64,000 nucleotides of DNA. Origin: Octopus sinensis. Taxonomy: Eukaryota. Under the pieces are notes generated by a model. It searched no databases. It was given only the letters and a program-made list of their open reading frames with translations, and had not been told where the DNA came from. The first letter of the stretch is position 1, and every line of letters begins with the position of its first letter. The stretch lies in NCBI RefSeq assembly GCF_006345805.1, contig NC_043003.1, forward strand, positions 41,230,001 through 41,294,000, given 5' to 3'. The translations under genes were made by a program, and so were the position numbers. Positions 13,060-27,100 of this stretch are shown here, piece by piece.

Positions 13060-13268
13060 GTGGCCGCGTGTGCATCGTTGGCGATGTTTTCCCTCCCTCT
13101 TGCCTTCCTTTGGATCTTTCCTTTTCCCATGATTTTGATGAAGGGCTCCGCTCGAAACGTTAAATCCTCATTCTTTCTTTTCTTTCCTGAGCGTCCAATA
13201 ACACTACACTTGTTCCACGTCCTGCGTTGTTGTGTTTTCTCTTTGTGTTTTCATGCTTCGATTAACTT
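13060..13268 (+). mobile_element. Penelope-like terminal repeat fragment with degenerate hammerhead motif
   Basis: GATTT-TGATGA-A-GGGC-TCC-GCTC-GAAAC-GTT-AAATC at 13131-13166. The 3' portion (TTTCCTGAGCGTC...) recurs at about 46217-46295 and 50753-50835. Confidence 0.55.
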
Positions 13269-14730
13269 TACACACACACACACACACACATACAAACACA
13301 CACACATATATATATATATATGTGTGTGTATATTGTGTGTGTGTGTGATGTGTGTGTGTGGTATGTATATGTATGATGTATATATATATGTAGTGTGTAT
13401 GTATGGCCCGCACACACGCGTAGACACAGGTATGCATGTATATACACACAAAGACGTGTGCACCCACACCGTGTGTACGCACACACACAAGCACATACTC
13501 AATACCAACACACGCAAGACGCATATACACGCATGCCACACGGATACGCCCAACAGACATGGACACACATGCGAAAAAATACATACGCACTAACGCACAC
13601 GCAACACACTAATAAACATTAACCACACACATACACACACACACACAAATGGGCACACATATACACACACCATCCTACCCCAAAAAATTCGTTAAATAAC
13701 ACACATCTGTTTACACCACCCTGGAACCAATCAAAAACAGCCCCCAAACACACACAAACACATGTATACATATATATGCACACACATAAGGACACACACA
13801 CTCACACCAATCTCACCTCCATACAGACACACATATACACACGCAGCACCATGCCAAATGCCATCCACACACATACATACACACACACTCACACACAACA
13901 CCAAGACAACCACACACGCGGTTGACAAACGGACACACCATCCTACCAGATCTTACTGACACATCTATTCACACCACATATGTATGTATGCACGCACACA
14001 CACACAAAGACACACACACTCACCCCACCCAGACCCCAAAATCATTGATGCTTGAAGGAGAGACAAAAAAAAGAAAAAGGGTAAATTCTTTTCAGTTCCA
14101 CATTTCTCCTCCTAAAACGGACATGTCAGTTTTAGCTTCACCACTATTATAATGTAAATCTTTTTGAACTCATAATATTCTGTACGTGTTTACTGAACTT
14201 TTTTAATAATTCCACCTGGAAATTATCTTGAGATGTATAATATATTTGTTATAATCTTTTGTGCCCATTATTTCAATGAGCTTGTTAAACTTTTTTATAT
14301 TCTCAACATACTCTTGTCACCAAAGAATGTATATTTATATGGATTATAGTACTATGTGTCAACCAATATTCTGTGCATGTTTGAATATACAGATACAATA
14401 CCAATATCAATTCCTTCTGGAAACTATCTTAAGCATGTCCTTGAGAACGATTATTTATGTAGTAATATTTTGTGCCCAATATTTTAAGGAACTTGTAGAA
14501 CTTTTTTATGTCCTTAACATGTCCCTGTTACCAAAGACTGTATATATGTAATGTAGCAATTTGTAACAACCAATAATTAACGCAACCAAACTTTTACATG
14601 TTACTTTTGACAATCTTTTTCCAAAGAGTGAAACCGGTAAAGTAAATAAACATCTTTTAAATTGCATTTTCAAACCTTCTTTCGTATATAATTCCACTCG
14701 TGCGGTACCCCACAACTCCACTTTGTTATG

Positions 14731-15854
14731 TTAGTTAGTTAGTTAGTTAGTTAATTTGGCTCAAAAGCAAATAGCAAGGCCATGTAGGAGGACATGGAGT
14801 TAAGTACAGGGTGGTGTTCATGTAAAGAGTTCAGGCCACTTGAGGTCAAGGGAGGCTTTGAACAAAGAGGTCGTCGGCATCTTCACCATCTCGTCTGGCA
14901 GCTTGTTCCACGGATCCGCAACTCGGACGGAGAAAGCTCCTCTCCTGCGATTGAGATGAAATCGTCGCAGGTAGAGCTTTTCGGAATGACCCCGCAGCCG
15001 ACGCTCTGGAGCAGGAGTGAAGAACAGCTCTTTCGAGAGGTTACACTTTCCGCTTATGATGTTGTGGGTGAGAATGAGATCACCACGGCGGCGGCGTTTT
15101 TCTAGAGAATAAAAGTCGAGCGTCCTCAGCCTTTCTTCATAGGACAAATTTTTGAGACAATGAACCATGCGGGTAGCCAGCTTCTGGACTCTTTCGAGAT
15201 GCTGTATGTCTTTGAGGAGATAAGGAGAAGAGGCTTGAATCCCGTACTCCAATATGGGTCTCACCAGCGTGACATAGAGTGGTAGGAATATGGCTGCTGT
15301 GAGCATTCCGAATGACCGTCGAATCAAGAACAGAATTCCGCGTGCTTTGTTGGCAGCATGGACGCACTGTGCCGAAGGCGAAAAGGAGGAATCCACCAAG
15401 ATACCCAGGTCCTTTACCTGATCGGTCCTCTCCAGCAGCAGACGACCCGGCTCGAAATCAAGTTGAGTTGCAGGAGGAGAGCCAACAGGCAGATGACAGC
15501 ACTTTGACACGTTCAGACACAGGTTCCATTCGTTAGACCATCTCCAAATTTGGTGGAGGCATCGACGAAGATCCTCTATATCACCGCGAGGAGCGACCAG
15601 TTTGATATCGTCGGCAAATAGAAGGGTGTGTTGCGTGAGGTCGTCGGGCAAGTCATTTATGAAGACTAAGAACAATAAGGGCCCAAGCACTGAACCTTGA
15701 GACACGCCACTGCTCGCACTGGAGACGTCGGACCGCGAACCATTAACTTGGGCTTGGAAGGAGCGATCTGAGAGGAAGGCACCAACCCATCGTACAATAT
15801 CCGGATGGAAACTATATGCTTGAAGCTTGACAAGTAATAGGCGGTGGTTTACCG

Positions 15855-15856
<2 letters not shown>
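14731..15856 (-). mobile_element. CR1-clade LINE, 5'-truncated, uninterrupted RT C-terminal ORF
   Basis: Open frame from about 15855 to the stop at 14818 (VNHRLLLVKL..GVSQGSVLGPLLF..FADDIKL..LVRPILEYG..LERVQK..LSYEERL..RRRRGDLI..WNKLP). A short 3' UTR and a (TAAC)n tail follow. Confidence 0.93.
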
Positions 15857-15949
<93 letters not shown>

Positions 15950-16189
15950 TTATTTCTAGATCTTTGAACGAGAGACATTCAGTAGCAGTACACACAGTCA
16001 CTGATTTAATAAATATAAAATTCTTATGTTTAAATCTCTGAAGGAGAGACATTCAGTAACAGTATTCCAGAGTAAAGATTATTTGCCAACATAATGTGGC
16101 AGTCCTGGTTAGAACGTTTGTTACTATTATTTTGCCCCAGGAAACATCGTCCCCAGATGACTATACGACACTCTGCGTCCTAATATTTT

Positions 16190-16560
16190 CGAACAAGGGA
16201 GTTTAGCGTCCGCACTCAGCTCAAAGCAATATCTGCGTACCAATGGTTTCTGGGTTATGTCCCTTCATCAGCACAGAATAACTGCTCACCTAGAGATGGC
16301 GCCACTAAACTCTTGTTAGAAATATATACTCTTCAAAGTGACACTGAATGTCACTGGAGAATGCGATACAAGTGCTAGATTTAACAAATATATAGCATTG
16401 CTAAAATTGCTTATAAATAAATAAATAAACAAACTATCATTTTCAAAACCAGAATATTCTTCAAATCTGTTCGTTAATGATCTATGCGAATCTTTAGTTG
16501 TAATGCCCACATAAAAGGACTACACACAAGGCTGGATATTGCTATTGTGATACATACGAA
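16190..16560 (-). mobile_element. Possible Penelope-like element 3' relic (GIY-YIG-like segment followed by hammerhead)
   Basis: Minus-strand FYVGITTK..SLTNRFEEY resembles the second GIY-YIG motif. It lies upstream of the hammerhead on the same strand, the order expected for Penelope-like elements. Heavily decayed. Confidence 0.35.
16226..16285 (-). ncRNA. Type I hammerhead ribozyme motif (Penelope-like), near-intact
   Basis: Minus strand: GCAGT-TAT-TCTGTG-CTGATGA-A-GGG-ACATAA-CCC-A-GAAA-CCATTGGT-A-CGCAGA-T-ATTGC. Stem I has 6 bp plus an outer 5 bp; stem III is ACC/GGT; the triplet is GTA. Confidence 0.7.
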
Positions 16561-17009
16561 ACTTCTAGACTGCATCATTACGACAAATATTCCCTCACAG
16601 AAACTCAGTTACTTGCTCTGCAATCAGAAGATACAATAACAATTTGCTCCCAAGTGTACATCTAAAGTTACGAAGAAAACCTGCTTAACGGGTAAATCTG
16701 TTTCTTCTACATCCAACTATGTTGCAACTCACCCACCAAATTAACGCTTCAGATTTCTTTTGTGGTTCAAAGACAAATTTATTTTGTAGATTTTAACTTT
16801 GAGCTTTAAACTAAATATTAATTGTATAGGTCACACTAGTTTCAAGCATGAGTAATTCCTCACCTAGTTTTGGTAATTGTAAGAAAAAGATTAATACCGA
16901 TGTGTGCATAAATACAGGCAGAAACACAGGATACATATATATATAACATGCATAAATATAAACACACACACACACACATACACCTACACTCATAAACACA
17001 CATAAATGT

Positions 17010-17056
<47 letters not shown>

Positions 17057-17374
17057 ATATATATATATATATATACACAAACACACGTGTATGCATACAC
17101 ATACACACTCATACACGCTCATACACACACACGTATATATAGAGAGATACATACACACACGTATGCGTGTGTGTGTGAATTTGGCAAAATAGACCAGAGA
17201 AGTAGAGCCCAATACATGAGTATATGTTTTCTTTTTAATCGACAGAGAGTCACAAAAGTGACTCGAGGGCCAAAATGATAGTACATGGCGCTTATCAAAC
17301 ATGAGTGCTGTGCACAAAATTCTCGGCTCTTCAGTTATCTAATAATATTTATAAAAAGGTATATGTATCTTTTA

Positions 17375-17413
<39 letters not shown>

Positions 17414-19782
17414 TGTATGTGTGTATGTGTGCATGTGTATTTGTATGTATACATATATATATACACTCACATTCACACGCACACGCACACGCACACACAT
17501 ATTTACATGGTTCTAATTTTTAAGTTATTGTAAGCAGTTTTTCAAGATTCTACTCAAATCATCTCTTCACATCAAAACTAACTCACCCTTCAACTACATT
17601 CATTTCTCATTCATTTATTACTTCACTAAATTTCACTACCATTCTCCCTCGGTCTTTCCAACAATTCCTTCTTGTTCTTTACTGCGGCTTACAACAACAC
17701 TCAACAACAACAACAACAATAACAACAACAACAATAACAATAGCAACAACAACAACGAACTTTAGGCTATGGAACATAATTCTCTTTGATTTGTCATTTG
17801 AATTTCTCCGTCTTCACATCTTTTCTGCTTCATCTCTCTCTCTCTCTCTCTGTCTCTCTGCCTCGCACTCTTACTTAATTTCTTTGTCACCTTTCTCACT
17901 ATTCCCCTCTTTCTATAGTTCTATCTCACTTTCCCTCCTATCTCTCCATCTCCTTCTTTGTCTTTCTCTCTCTATCTCTTACTCTGACTCTCTCTCTCTC
18001 TGACTCTGTGTCTCTCTCTATCTCTGACTCTCTCTCTCTCCTCTCTCTATTTCTCTCCCTCTCTCGCTCACTCTTTCTTATTACTTCTGTCATTGCCTTC
18101 CATTTTTATTCTTTCCGTTGTCTATTTATTGCTTTGTTTCTCGAAGTGTTTTACATATTCCAAGCCATTCTCGTTGCTTTTTAAAACAGCGAAAATTAAT
18201 GAAAACCACTCACCACAATGCCTATATCCTCTTTATTTAATAGTTTCTCTATATAGATAATAACTACTACTTTCTCTCCTCAAAGTTCTCTTGCTTAGTC
18301 ACTCTCCATTTCTCTATAACAGTCAGTTTTTCTTCAGATTCATTTGGTCAGTCAGCTACTTCGAACTACTTAAACGATCAGTTTATTTTTAGATTCTTAT
18401 GGCTAGTTCGATACTTTATATAACATCAGTGGACAAATTATCTCTTACCTTTTATGATATTCGACTAATTTTCTATCTAAGCTGAATTGTTAGTTTATTT
18501 TTCTCTCTACTATCAAACGCATTGTCCAGTCTTTCTTCGCATCACCTTAGCGGTCAGTATTTATTGTTATGTCCGCTCCACTTATTCATTATATAAAACT
18601 TGCTAGCCGTTATCAATTACGTCTGACGGTGTGTCCACACTTTATTTACTTCACTTTAGTGGTCACTATACATTTTTATGTCTGTTCTATATATTTATTT
18701 TATAAACTCTGTGGTCGTCAACAATTATATCGAACATTTATGTTCATCCCTGCTCCACAACCTCCTTATATAACTTTGGTAACAATTATTACTTACGATG
18801 TACAGTATGTCTACTCATTATATATTTCACCTTAGTGGTCAGTCTACATTATGTCTCTTTCCAAGTACTCCTTATATAAACTTGATGGCCATTATAAATT
18901 ACGTTGTTCGCTACAGCTACTTCTTACTTCACTGTAGTGGTCATTCTAAATTCACATATTAATTTTATAAACTTTCTGATTGTTTTACTTCTGTATTCTT
19001 TTATTGACTTCAATCATTTAGAGTGCGGCCATACTGGAACGTTACCTGAAATCGATTATATCAACCTCGGTTCTTACTCTGCAATTTCTTTTATCGTTAC
19101 CAATTTATCGAATAGATAAGTTTGCCAGTAACTGTTTGGGATGAATTACTTGGTATGTTATATAAATCTTGGCTTCATTTCCAATTTTGTGATGACATCA
19201 CACTGCTAACTCTTCTCTAAATATTTTTATATGAACTTAAATACTATTATCAGAATCCTTTCTTCATTTTCGCAACCTCAATGGTCTCTATTTACTCTTA
19301 GAGTAGCTTCAAACGTTTTCAAGCGGTTCACGCCAAAAGCAGTTATAATACCATCAGTTAAATAAGCCCAACTAAGCCCCGCCTTTAATCATATAACGAT
19401 TTTACGATGAAAAAAAACATAGAAAAAAAAAACATGCCAGTGAGATGTATCACAAGTTTCATTTTACATATGTACAATGTCTACGTCAGTTTATAGTTTT
19501 GCAACAGTTGAACATTGATGATTGTCATACTTTCATTCCCCTGTGTTTTTAATATCACTTCTGTTGACGTGAGAATGAATTGCTCGTAGAACTGCTGGTT
19601 TAAGTTTCATTTCAGGTTCCATTTGACGTACATACGTACATACATACATGCATACATACATACATACATACATACATACATACATACATACATACATACA
19701 TACATACAAACATACATACATACATACATACATACATACATACATACATACAGGCAAACATACATATGTATGTATATGTATA

Positions 19783-21195
19783 AAATCACACCTCAATCTA
19801 CGTCGTTAAATGGTTCCAGAGGACACTACTTAAGTCGAAATAACCATTATTTAAATATATATACATGTAATAATAAAAATCTAGGTTAGCCTAGGTTGTT
19901 TTTATGTTAGCCAACGAATTCGGTAAATTGTTATGCAAGCCTAAGCTGCTTTTATATCGGAAAGAAATGATTTCAAATACTATACTGCTTGCCTATCTGA
20001 TGGCCGACGTCGGTGTTACTAGTTAAGGCTAATGACGATGGTTGGGGATTGTCAGTTGACTTCTGTTGTGATGGTGTAGATCGTTGTGCGAACTTGTCTG
20101 AAGTTCCATTGTATATCTTTTTCTTCCCGAGGATTAAGCAATAACGTGCAATAGTATTTTCAGAACCCCTCAATATTTTGAAAAAACATCGTACATTAGG
20201 ATCCATTTCCTCTAATAAGGCAAAACATTTATCTAAATGAAAAAAGCCTCTTGCATTTTCTTCAACGTAAAACGATGGGCCTCTGAATCAGGTTTTTCTT
20301 CCTTTTTCTGTTCATGAAATTTCATCAACTCTTCGTTTATCAGGAGTTGTTTATTTTTCTCAAATACTTCATTAAAATTCTGTCCTTCCAACACCATTTC
20401 CGTTTCATTGCTCAACAGTATCAAAGTCTTTTTCACTTCAACATTGTCAAAGCCCTTAAAGTCATTGACAAATTGTGGGCATAGTTTCTTCCGCAAACCA
20501 GTCACCGCCACGCTCTTCATCTCATTCCACGCAGCTGCTACGTTCACTATGGCTACGTAGATGTCGTGACTTTTCCATAAATCACTGACTATGATGCTTT
20601 CGTTGATGTTACTTGCAGATATTGCATGGCTTAATGTACGCTTCATATAATAGTGCTTAAAGATTGCAATTATCGCCTGGTCCATTGGTTACAGCAGCGA
20701 GGTATTATTAGGACGGAGGAAGATAATGATAACATTGGGATGTCTTCCGGGTGGCTAAGAGCGTTATCTGGTGGCCAGGATCGTTATCTAAGACAAGGAG
20801 AACTTTAAAAGGAATCCCTTTTGCCTTACAGTACTTCTCTGCTTCAGGAACAAAATGATTGAAAAACAATTCTTCTGACCTAATCCTATGAATTGGCCAT
20901 CCATATTACAGGAAGAGATGCCTTGGGTTTGTTCTTAAGATCTCGGAGGTTCAGCGTGTGGTAAACAAGCAGCAGTTTTAGCTTGCAATCGCCTGCACAA
21001 TTTCATCCCAAAATTAAATTCAAACGTTCTTTTGATACTTTGCAGCCAGGAATTCTTTTCTCTTCCTTGGATAGGAAAGAACGATCTGGTAATTTCTTCC
21101 AATAGATACCGGTCTCATCAACATTGAAAATTTTTTTCGGGTAGAAATCCATTATCTTCAATAACCTTCGCTAATGTGGCAGGAAATTCCGCTAG

Positions 21196-21198
<3 letters not shown>
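19783..21198 (-). mobile_element. Tigger/pogo-type DNA transposon remnant (DDE_1 transposase, pseudogenised)
   Basis: Minus-strand motifs FNVDETGIYWKKLPDRSFLSKEE (about 21060-21125), VLLVLDNDPGH (about 20770-20800), LL*PMDQAII and ORF 20233-20685. Stops and frameshifts are present. The 5' part is lost at the (CA)n tract near 21200. A TIR-like sequence is near 19783-19820. Confidence 0.85.
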
Positions 21199-21230
<32 letters not shown>

Positions 21231-22190
21231 TATAAATTCAAAGCAAGGTGAAAAATATATACTCGAAAACTTATGTCGGCGTAATATGCTTGTATTAAAT
21301 CCACAAAATCCTCACAAAACTATTACTGAGAATTTGTATGTATGTATGTATGTATGTATGTATGTATGTATGTATGTATGTATGTATGTATGTATGTGTG
21401 TATGTATATGTATATTGTACGATCTTCGAACATGCCTCTACTAGCGGTGTAATAGCAGAAAACCCTTGCCTAACGTGCCGCATTTTAAAATGGGCTCCAA
21501 AATTACATATTCAATACAAGTAGGATCGTGTTTGATACGTCCCTGAAATTTGGATTTCCTTGATTTTGAAAGCAGATTAACATTGCCCCACTTGGCTTGC
21601 GCTAAAAATACGATCGAGTGTATGGAAACGATTCGCAAAATGAAACAGAGAAGCAGAGAACGTTCCATCAGAGATACGATAAAGATATATAAGAGGATGA
21701 TCAATGTTACAGGCAAAGAAAAATATATACAAAATTATAAATCAAAATGTTAGTGCATATTTCACGTCGTAACATTTGCAAGTTTGTAGATGCATTGTAG
21801 AACAAAACGTGAATAAAACATGTTGCAGTGTGAATCAAAAGAAATTTGATATCTGCTGATAATATCGATGCTAAAGGAAGCAATGATGTTAGGAGGCACT
21901 GGAACTGTTAGAAATGGAATTTGACAACTGATTAGAGGAATGTCCCGTACTGCAATTGTGTGTAAAATATATGTGACTATAAAGGTAGGTGAGAGATTGT
22001 TTGTTAGAAGAATGAAGACAGATAATGAAATTCAAGAAAAACAGACTAGCTTTCACAGGTATATAAATACATGTGTGTGTACGCGTACGTGTCTGTGTGC
22101 ACGCATATATGCACACACACACACGCACACACGCACACAATACAAATATACATACATACACACACACACACATATATATATACATATATT

Positions 22191-22228
<38 letters not shown>

Positions 22229-22272
22229 TATATATATATATATATAAAGTCAATCCAAACATGAAAACACCA

Positions 22273-22349
<77 letters not shown>

Positions 22350-22825
22350 ATACACAGCGTGAGTCATTTAGGGAATATTTAATCCCTTATCAAGTAAGCT
22401 AGTTATGTCCATTTATTTCAGTCTGTTTGAAGAGTTAACATCTAGGAGGTTCCTTGTGGCATGTGCTGCGCAGAAGTTGGTGATGGTGATAATGATTATG
22501 CTGATTACGTTTCTGATTCTGTGAGTTATGATACAGTGAATATGATAGCGGTAATGCTGACGATTTTGGGGACGATAATGCTTTTGATAATGAGTCCATT
22601 GAAAACGGTTCTGTTTTGTATGATAATTCTAGAAGTACAGCTGCCCTAGCTTCAGTAGCAAATAATGCCTAATTCTGTTAGCATCGGTAAAGTGTCACAA
22701 ACGCAAGGATCCGCTTAGCTTACGCCGAGTTATTGATACAAGTTCTATCCTACTCCCTAGAGAATCTTCAAGTTTCTGATCATCTATCTGAAAACATTTC
22801 CCATAATTCAATCTCCCACAACAGG

Positions 22826-23128
<303 letters not shown>

Positions 23129-23129
23129 A

Positions 23130-23303
23130 GGCGAAGGCATGGTTATGTGGTAAGAAGTATATTTCCCAACCACGTTGTTCCTGGTCCAGTCCCACTGCAT
23201 GGCACCTCGGGCAAGTGCCTTCTACTGAAACCTTGGGCCGAATAAATCCTTGTAAGTGGGTATGGTAGACGGAAACTGAAAGAAGCTCGAAGTATATATG
23301 TAC

Positions 23304-23354
<51 letters not shown>

Positions 23355-23360
23355 TGTGTC
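23130..23360 (+). mobile_element. SINE family A 5' half plus microsatellite
   Basis: Diverged match to 7326-7490. Confidence 0.75.
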
Positions 23361-24181
23361 TGTGTCTGTGTGTGTATGTATGTATGTGCGCATGTATGTG
23401 TGTGCTCCACTGCCTGTGCTGTGTATATGCCCATGAGTGAGCGTTTGTGTGTGTGAGTGCGCCCGTGTTTATTCATATGCGTGTATGTACATGTTCAATT
23501 TTAACAGGGAGAAGCTTAGCACCGATTCCATAATTTAGGTTCAGACGTCACTGTTTACTGAATCTACGCTTCAACGAAGACAACTAAACCGAAACTCCAG
23601 GGACACTTTCATGCGTTTCTTTGTTAAAAAAACGTAATGTGATGTTCTACTTAAATGTATTGCGTAACATTTAATTCATGTTTTGCTGTTTTATATAAAA
23701 CCATTCAATATTTTTGTGCGTGTATATATCCAAACAAAGATCAATAGTTACAAAGTACTCGATGCAAAAAGTAGGACAAAATTGAGCTGTAAAACAAAAC
23801 AAGAAAAAAACAAATTTAGGATTATTAATTTTATGGCAGTCTTTTCTTTTGAATCTTCAGATATAGTAATATACAAAATTGATAAAATATATTGCAATTT
23901 TGTTAATGGTAGGTACACAAAAGAAAAAAAGAAGCAGCTTGGAAAAATAATGTTTGTGAGAAAGAGGGAAAGGCAATTGTTTTGCGTATGGAATAGGCAA
24001 ATATTTAAAACTTTCAATAATATAACTACTGAGTGGAATGCAAAAAAGTTGAATAATTAAAAAGGCAGTTTACTAAATTATTTAGTGTGTCTAGCGTAGA
24101 TTTAAAACAGCCATGCTAGAGAACCGATATTTTAGAAGTGAAATCTATTCCCTCCATCATTTTACATAGCATTCTCTGGGC

Positions 24182-27100
24182 AAGTGGCGGATATACCATA
24201 AAACTAATGAAGCTTAAGCTTCAGGGCCCCTAATGTCGGAGGGGCCATCTGAGGCAACTTAAATTTTTCATTCTGTCAGTTGTTTTATGGTTTTGCATTT
24301 TGCCATGCAGACTGTTGTTACCAGCCTTAGTGGACGTCAGATCATACTCCTACGCAGAGTCTATACATGCAGTGTGTAGCAAAGAGTTGTTCACCTGATG
24401 TTTCTGCCGGTGTGGAGTAGCATAACAAATAAAAGTACAAACGACTCGCAGATAATTCGCTTTATTTGAATTATTTTTGAAACTTCAGCCCTACCCCTTC
24501 CCATTGTCAAATATGTCTACTACTGTATCAGCATGGTAGAGATAAGAATCCTTATTTTCACACCACTATTTACTGACCAATGAAAGGGTTTGCCTCCTAA
24601 TTTTGGACTTACAATATGTTCAGTAAAAATGCATTGTTTTCTACTTCAAAAATTGTTTGAATATCACCCTGTACAAAATGAACAATTCTTCAATTATGAC
24701 TATATATTAAGTTGTGGATGCTTATCTTGATCAATCTCTGTCTCACTGTGGCTAATGAAAATATTACCTCAAATTCTTTTCACAGAGATCTAGGCTTCAA
24801 GAGGAATAGCAATGTCTTCAAGAAACACCAACTCAAGAAAAAGCAATCTAACGAAATTTCTAAATGTCAGAAACTATCAAACTATTTTACAATGTCAAAT
24901 AAATGTTTGTCATCACCTGCAGCTGAAACAAGCCATGCAAGCACCAGTGAAGTCAATGATAGTGCACAAACCATGAGTGCTATGTTTAGCAATAATCAAC
25001 CTACTGTTGACATTTTGATGCAGATCATGATCATGGAGGTCATAAATCTCGAGAAAAGAGAGAGCAGAAACAGGAAGCAAATTTAGTGGTTTCAAAGAAT
25101 ACATTAACCTGACAAGCTGGCCCGTAATATTCTGAATCCAACAAGATTTACAAACAGTAAAATCGATGTTTCTCAAACAAGTAATTTGAAAAATGATTGA
25201 AAACTGGTCAGACTATGATGAGATCCTGGTTAGTTTACTTAGAAAGCAACCTCTTTTCTAAATGCCAAATATCACTTACAACGGGTGGGTTTTCTGATTG
25301 GATGAATATACTCAGAACTCTAGAAAATCACGAAGTCTGTATGAAAACTAACACGGCGATGTTGAGCTGGCTAACACGGAAGTCAAATAAAACCACTGTG
25401 GATCAGCAACTTGAGGAACAGTTGAGGAAAACATGCAGTACTATTTTGAAGTAGTAAAAAGAGTTGTAGCAGTTATAAAGTTTTTAAGTAAAAGAGGTTT
25501 AGCATTTAGAGGTCATGAGGAAAATTGGGGTTCTCCAAACAATGGAAATTTCATTGGGGCCATTGAACTTATTGCGGAATTTGACACATTTTACATGAAC
25601 ATTTAAAGAAATGTAAATTGAAAAAGTAAATATTACTTACCTATCCAAATCTGTGTATGGATAATTGATAGAAATCACGGGAAGACATGTGAAAGATGAA
25701 GTGGGGAATCAGATCAACAACCTAGAAATCAAATACTACTCAATTATTGTTAACTTTACACCTGACATGACACATGTTGACCAGCTGTTTTTTGTAGTTT
25801 GATACTGCTATAATGGAAAACCTTGTGAGAGATTTTTTTGTATTTTCGCCTGTAGAAAAACATTCATCCATGATCAAAATAACAATTTCTGGAGGAACAT
25901 AAGCTTTCACTTGAAAATATCCGTCACTAGTCGTACGATAGTGCTTTCAAAATGAAGGGCTCAGAGAGGGCTGCAAGTACTTCTTAAAAACATTAACAGG
26001 TACCACGTGCAAGCCATTCACTCAGCCTTGTTTGGTAAAAGGCAGTGCCTGAACTTGTTGATTATTTTGGCATCTTGCAGCTGCTGTATGTTTTCTTGAA
26101 TCTCCTCGAAGATGGAGGATTTTGAACACACAGAGCAATCTAACATTTTTACTAAAGAGCTTAAGTGTAACTAGATGGTGTGCACACTATGAAGCAGTCC
26201 AGGCAATTAAAAATGGATATAGGGATATTTTACAAACTCTGAAACATATGTTTGAAGACTCAGAAGAAAAGCCTGAATGTAAGCGAGATACAAAGAATTT
26301 ATACCACAAGTTGGTAAAACTGGAATATGCTGTTTTAACAGTCGTTTGGGAAGAAGTTATGGAGTATTTTAACAAAAAAAGTAAGAAACTCCAAACCCTT
26401 GGTTTTGATGTATTTGTAGATTACCTTCAGCTAGCATCTTTGCTTTCATTTGTTAAAGAATTACGAGAAAATTCAGCCGACAAGATTGCACACTATGAAT
26501 CAGCAGCAAAACTTTTATGCGAATATATCACCTCAAATTATTCTGATATTTCCAAACGCATTTTAACAAAGAAATTTGCAGATGGAACAAGTGATAGGGC
26601 TTCTAAGAAAGGGGCTGAAAATTTATGATTGAAGTTCTAAATCAAGTCTCTGACTGCTTGATAATCCAGTTAAGCAAGAGGGTGGACTAATTTGAGCAGA
26701 TTGCGATAAGGTTCAAGTTTCTCTCAGAATGTGTTGAACAATTCAGAACTTGACGAGAACAGTATCAAACTTATATCGCGTTCCAAAGACGATATTGACC
26801 ACAAATTAATAACTGAATGTTATCAATTCAAAAAGTATCTACACCTTACAAAATCCCAGAACACAGAAGAAAATACAATGCAATGGACAGAAGTTCTTTA
26901 GCTTATTTATGAGCAGCAATTAATTGAAGTGTCCCCTAATATTACCACTGTTCATAAGCTGTACTTGACAATGCCTATCACGAGCTGTGAAGTAGAAAGG
27001 AGTTCCTCAAAGCGTTCCTTTGTAAAGAATGAATTTCGATCTACCATGACTGAGAGTGCTTGAATTTCTTATGCATATTGTCTCTAGAAACGGACATTGC

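Noticed and set aside
15840-15856. GGCGGT-GGTTT-ACCGCC hairpin at the CR1 5' junction
   Set aside because: Most of it is explained by the LINE's own coding sequence (AVNHR); it is too short to claim a fold-back event.
16826-16875. Possible sixth hammerhead (minus strand, GAAACTAGT with GGT/ACC)
   Set aside because: The CTGANGA core is absent, so it cannot be supported.
18543-18945. CRISPR-like recurrence of a 14-bp motif
   Set aside because: Repeats are degenerate, spacing is irregular, and the spacers resemble each other; it is a decayed minisatellite.
22461-22670. Acidic D/N-rich reading frames
   Set aside because: Degenerate (GAT)n simplicity with a frame switch and no splice context.
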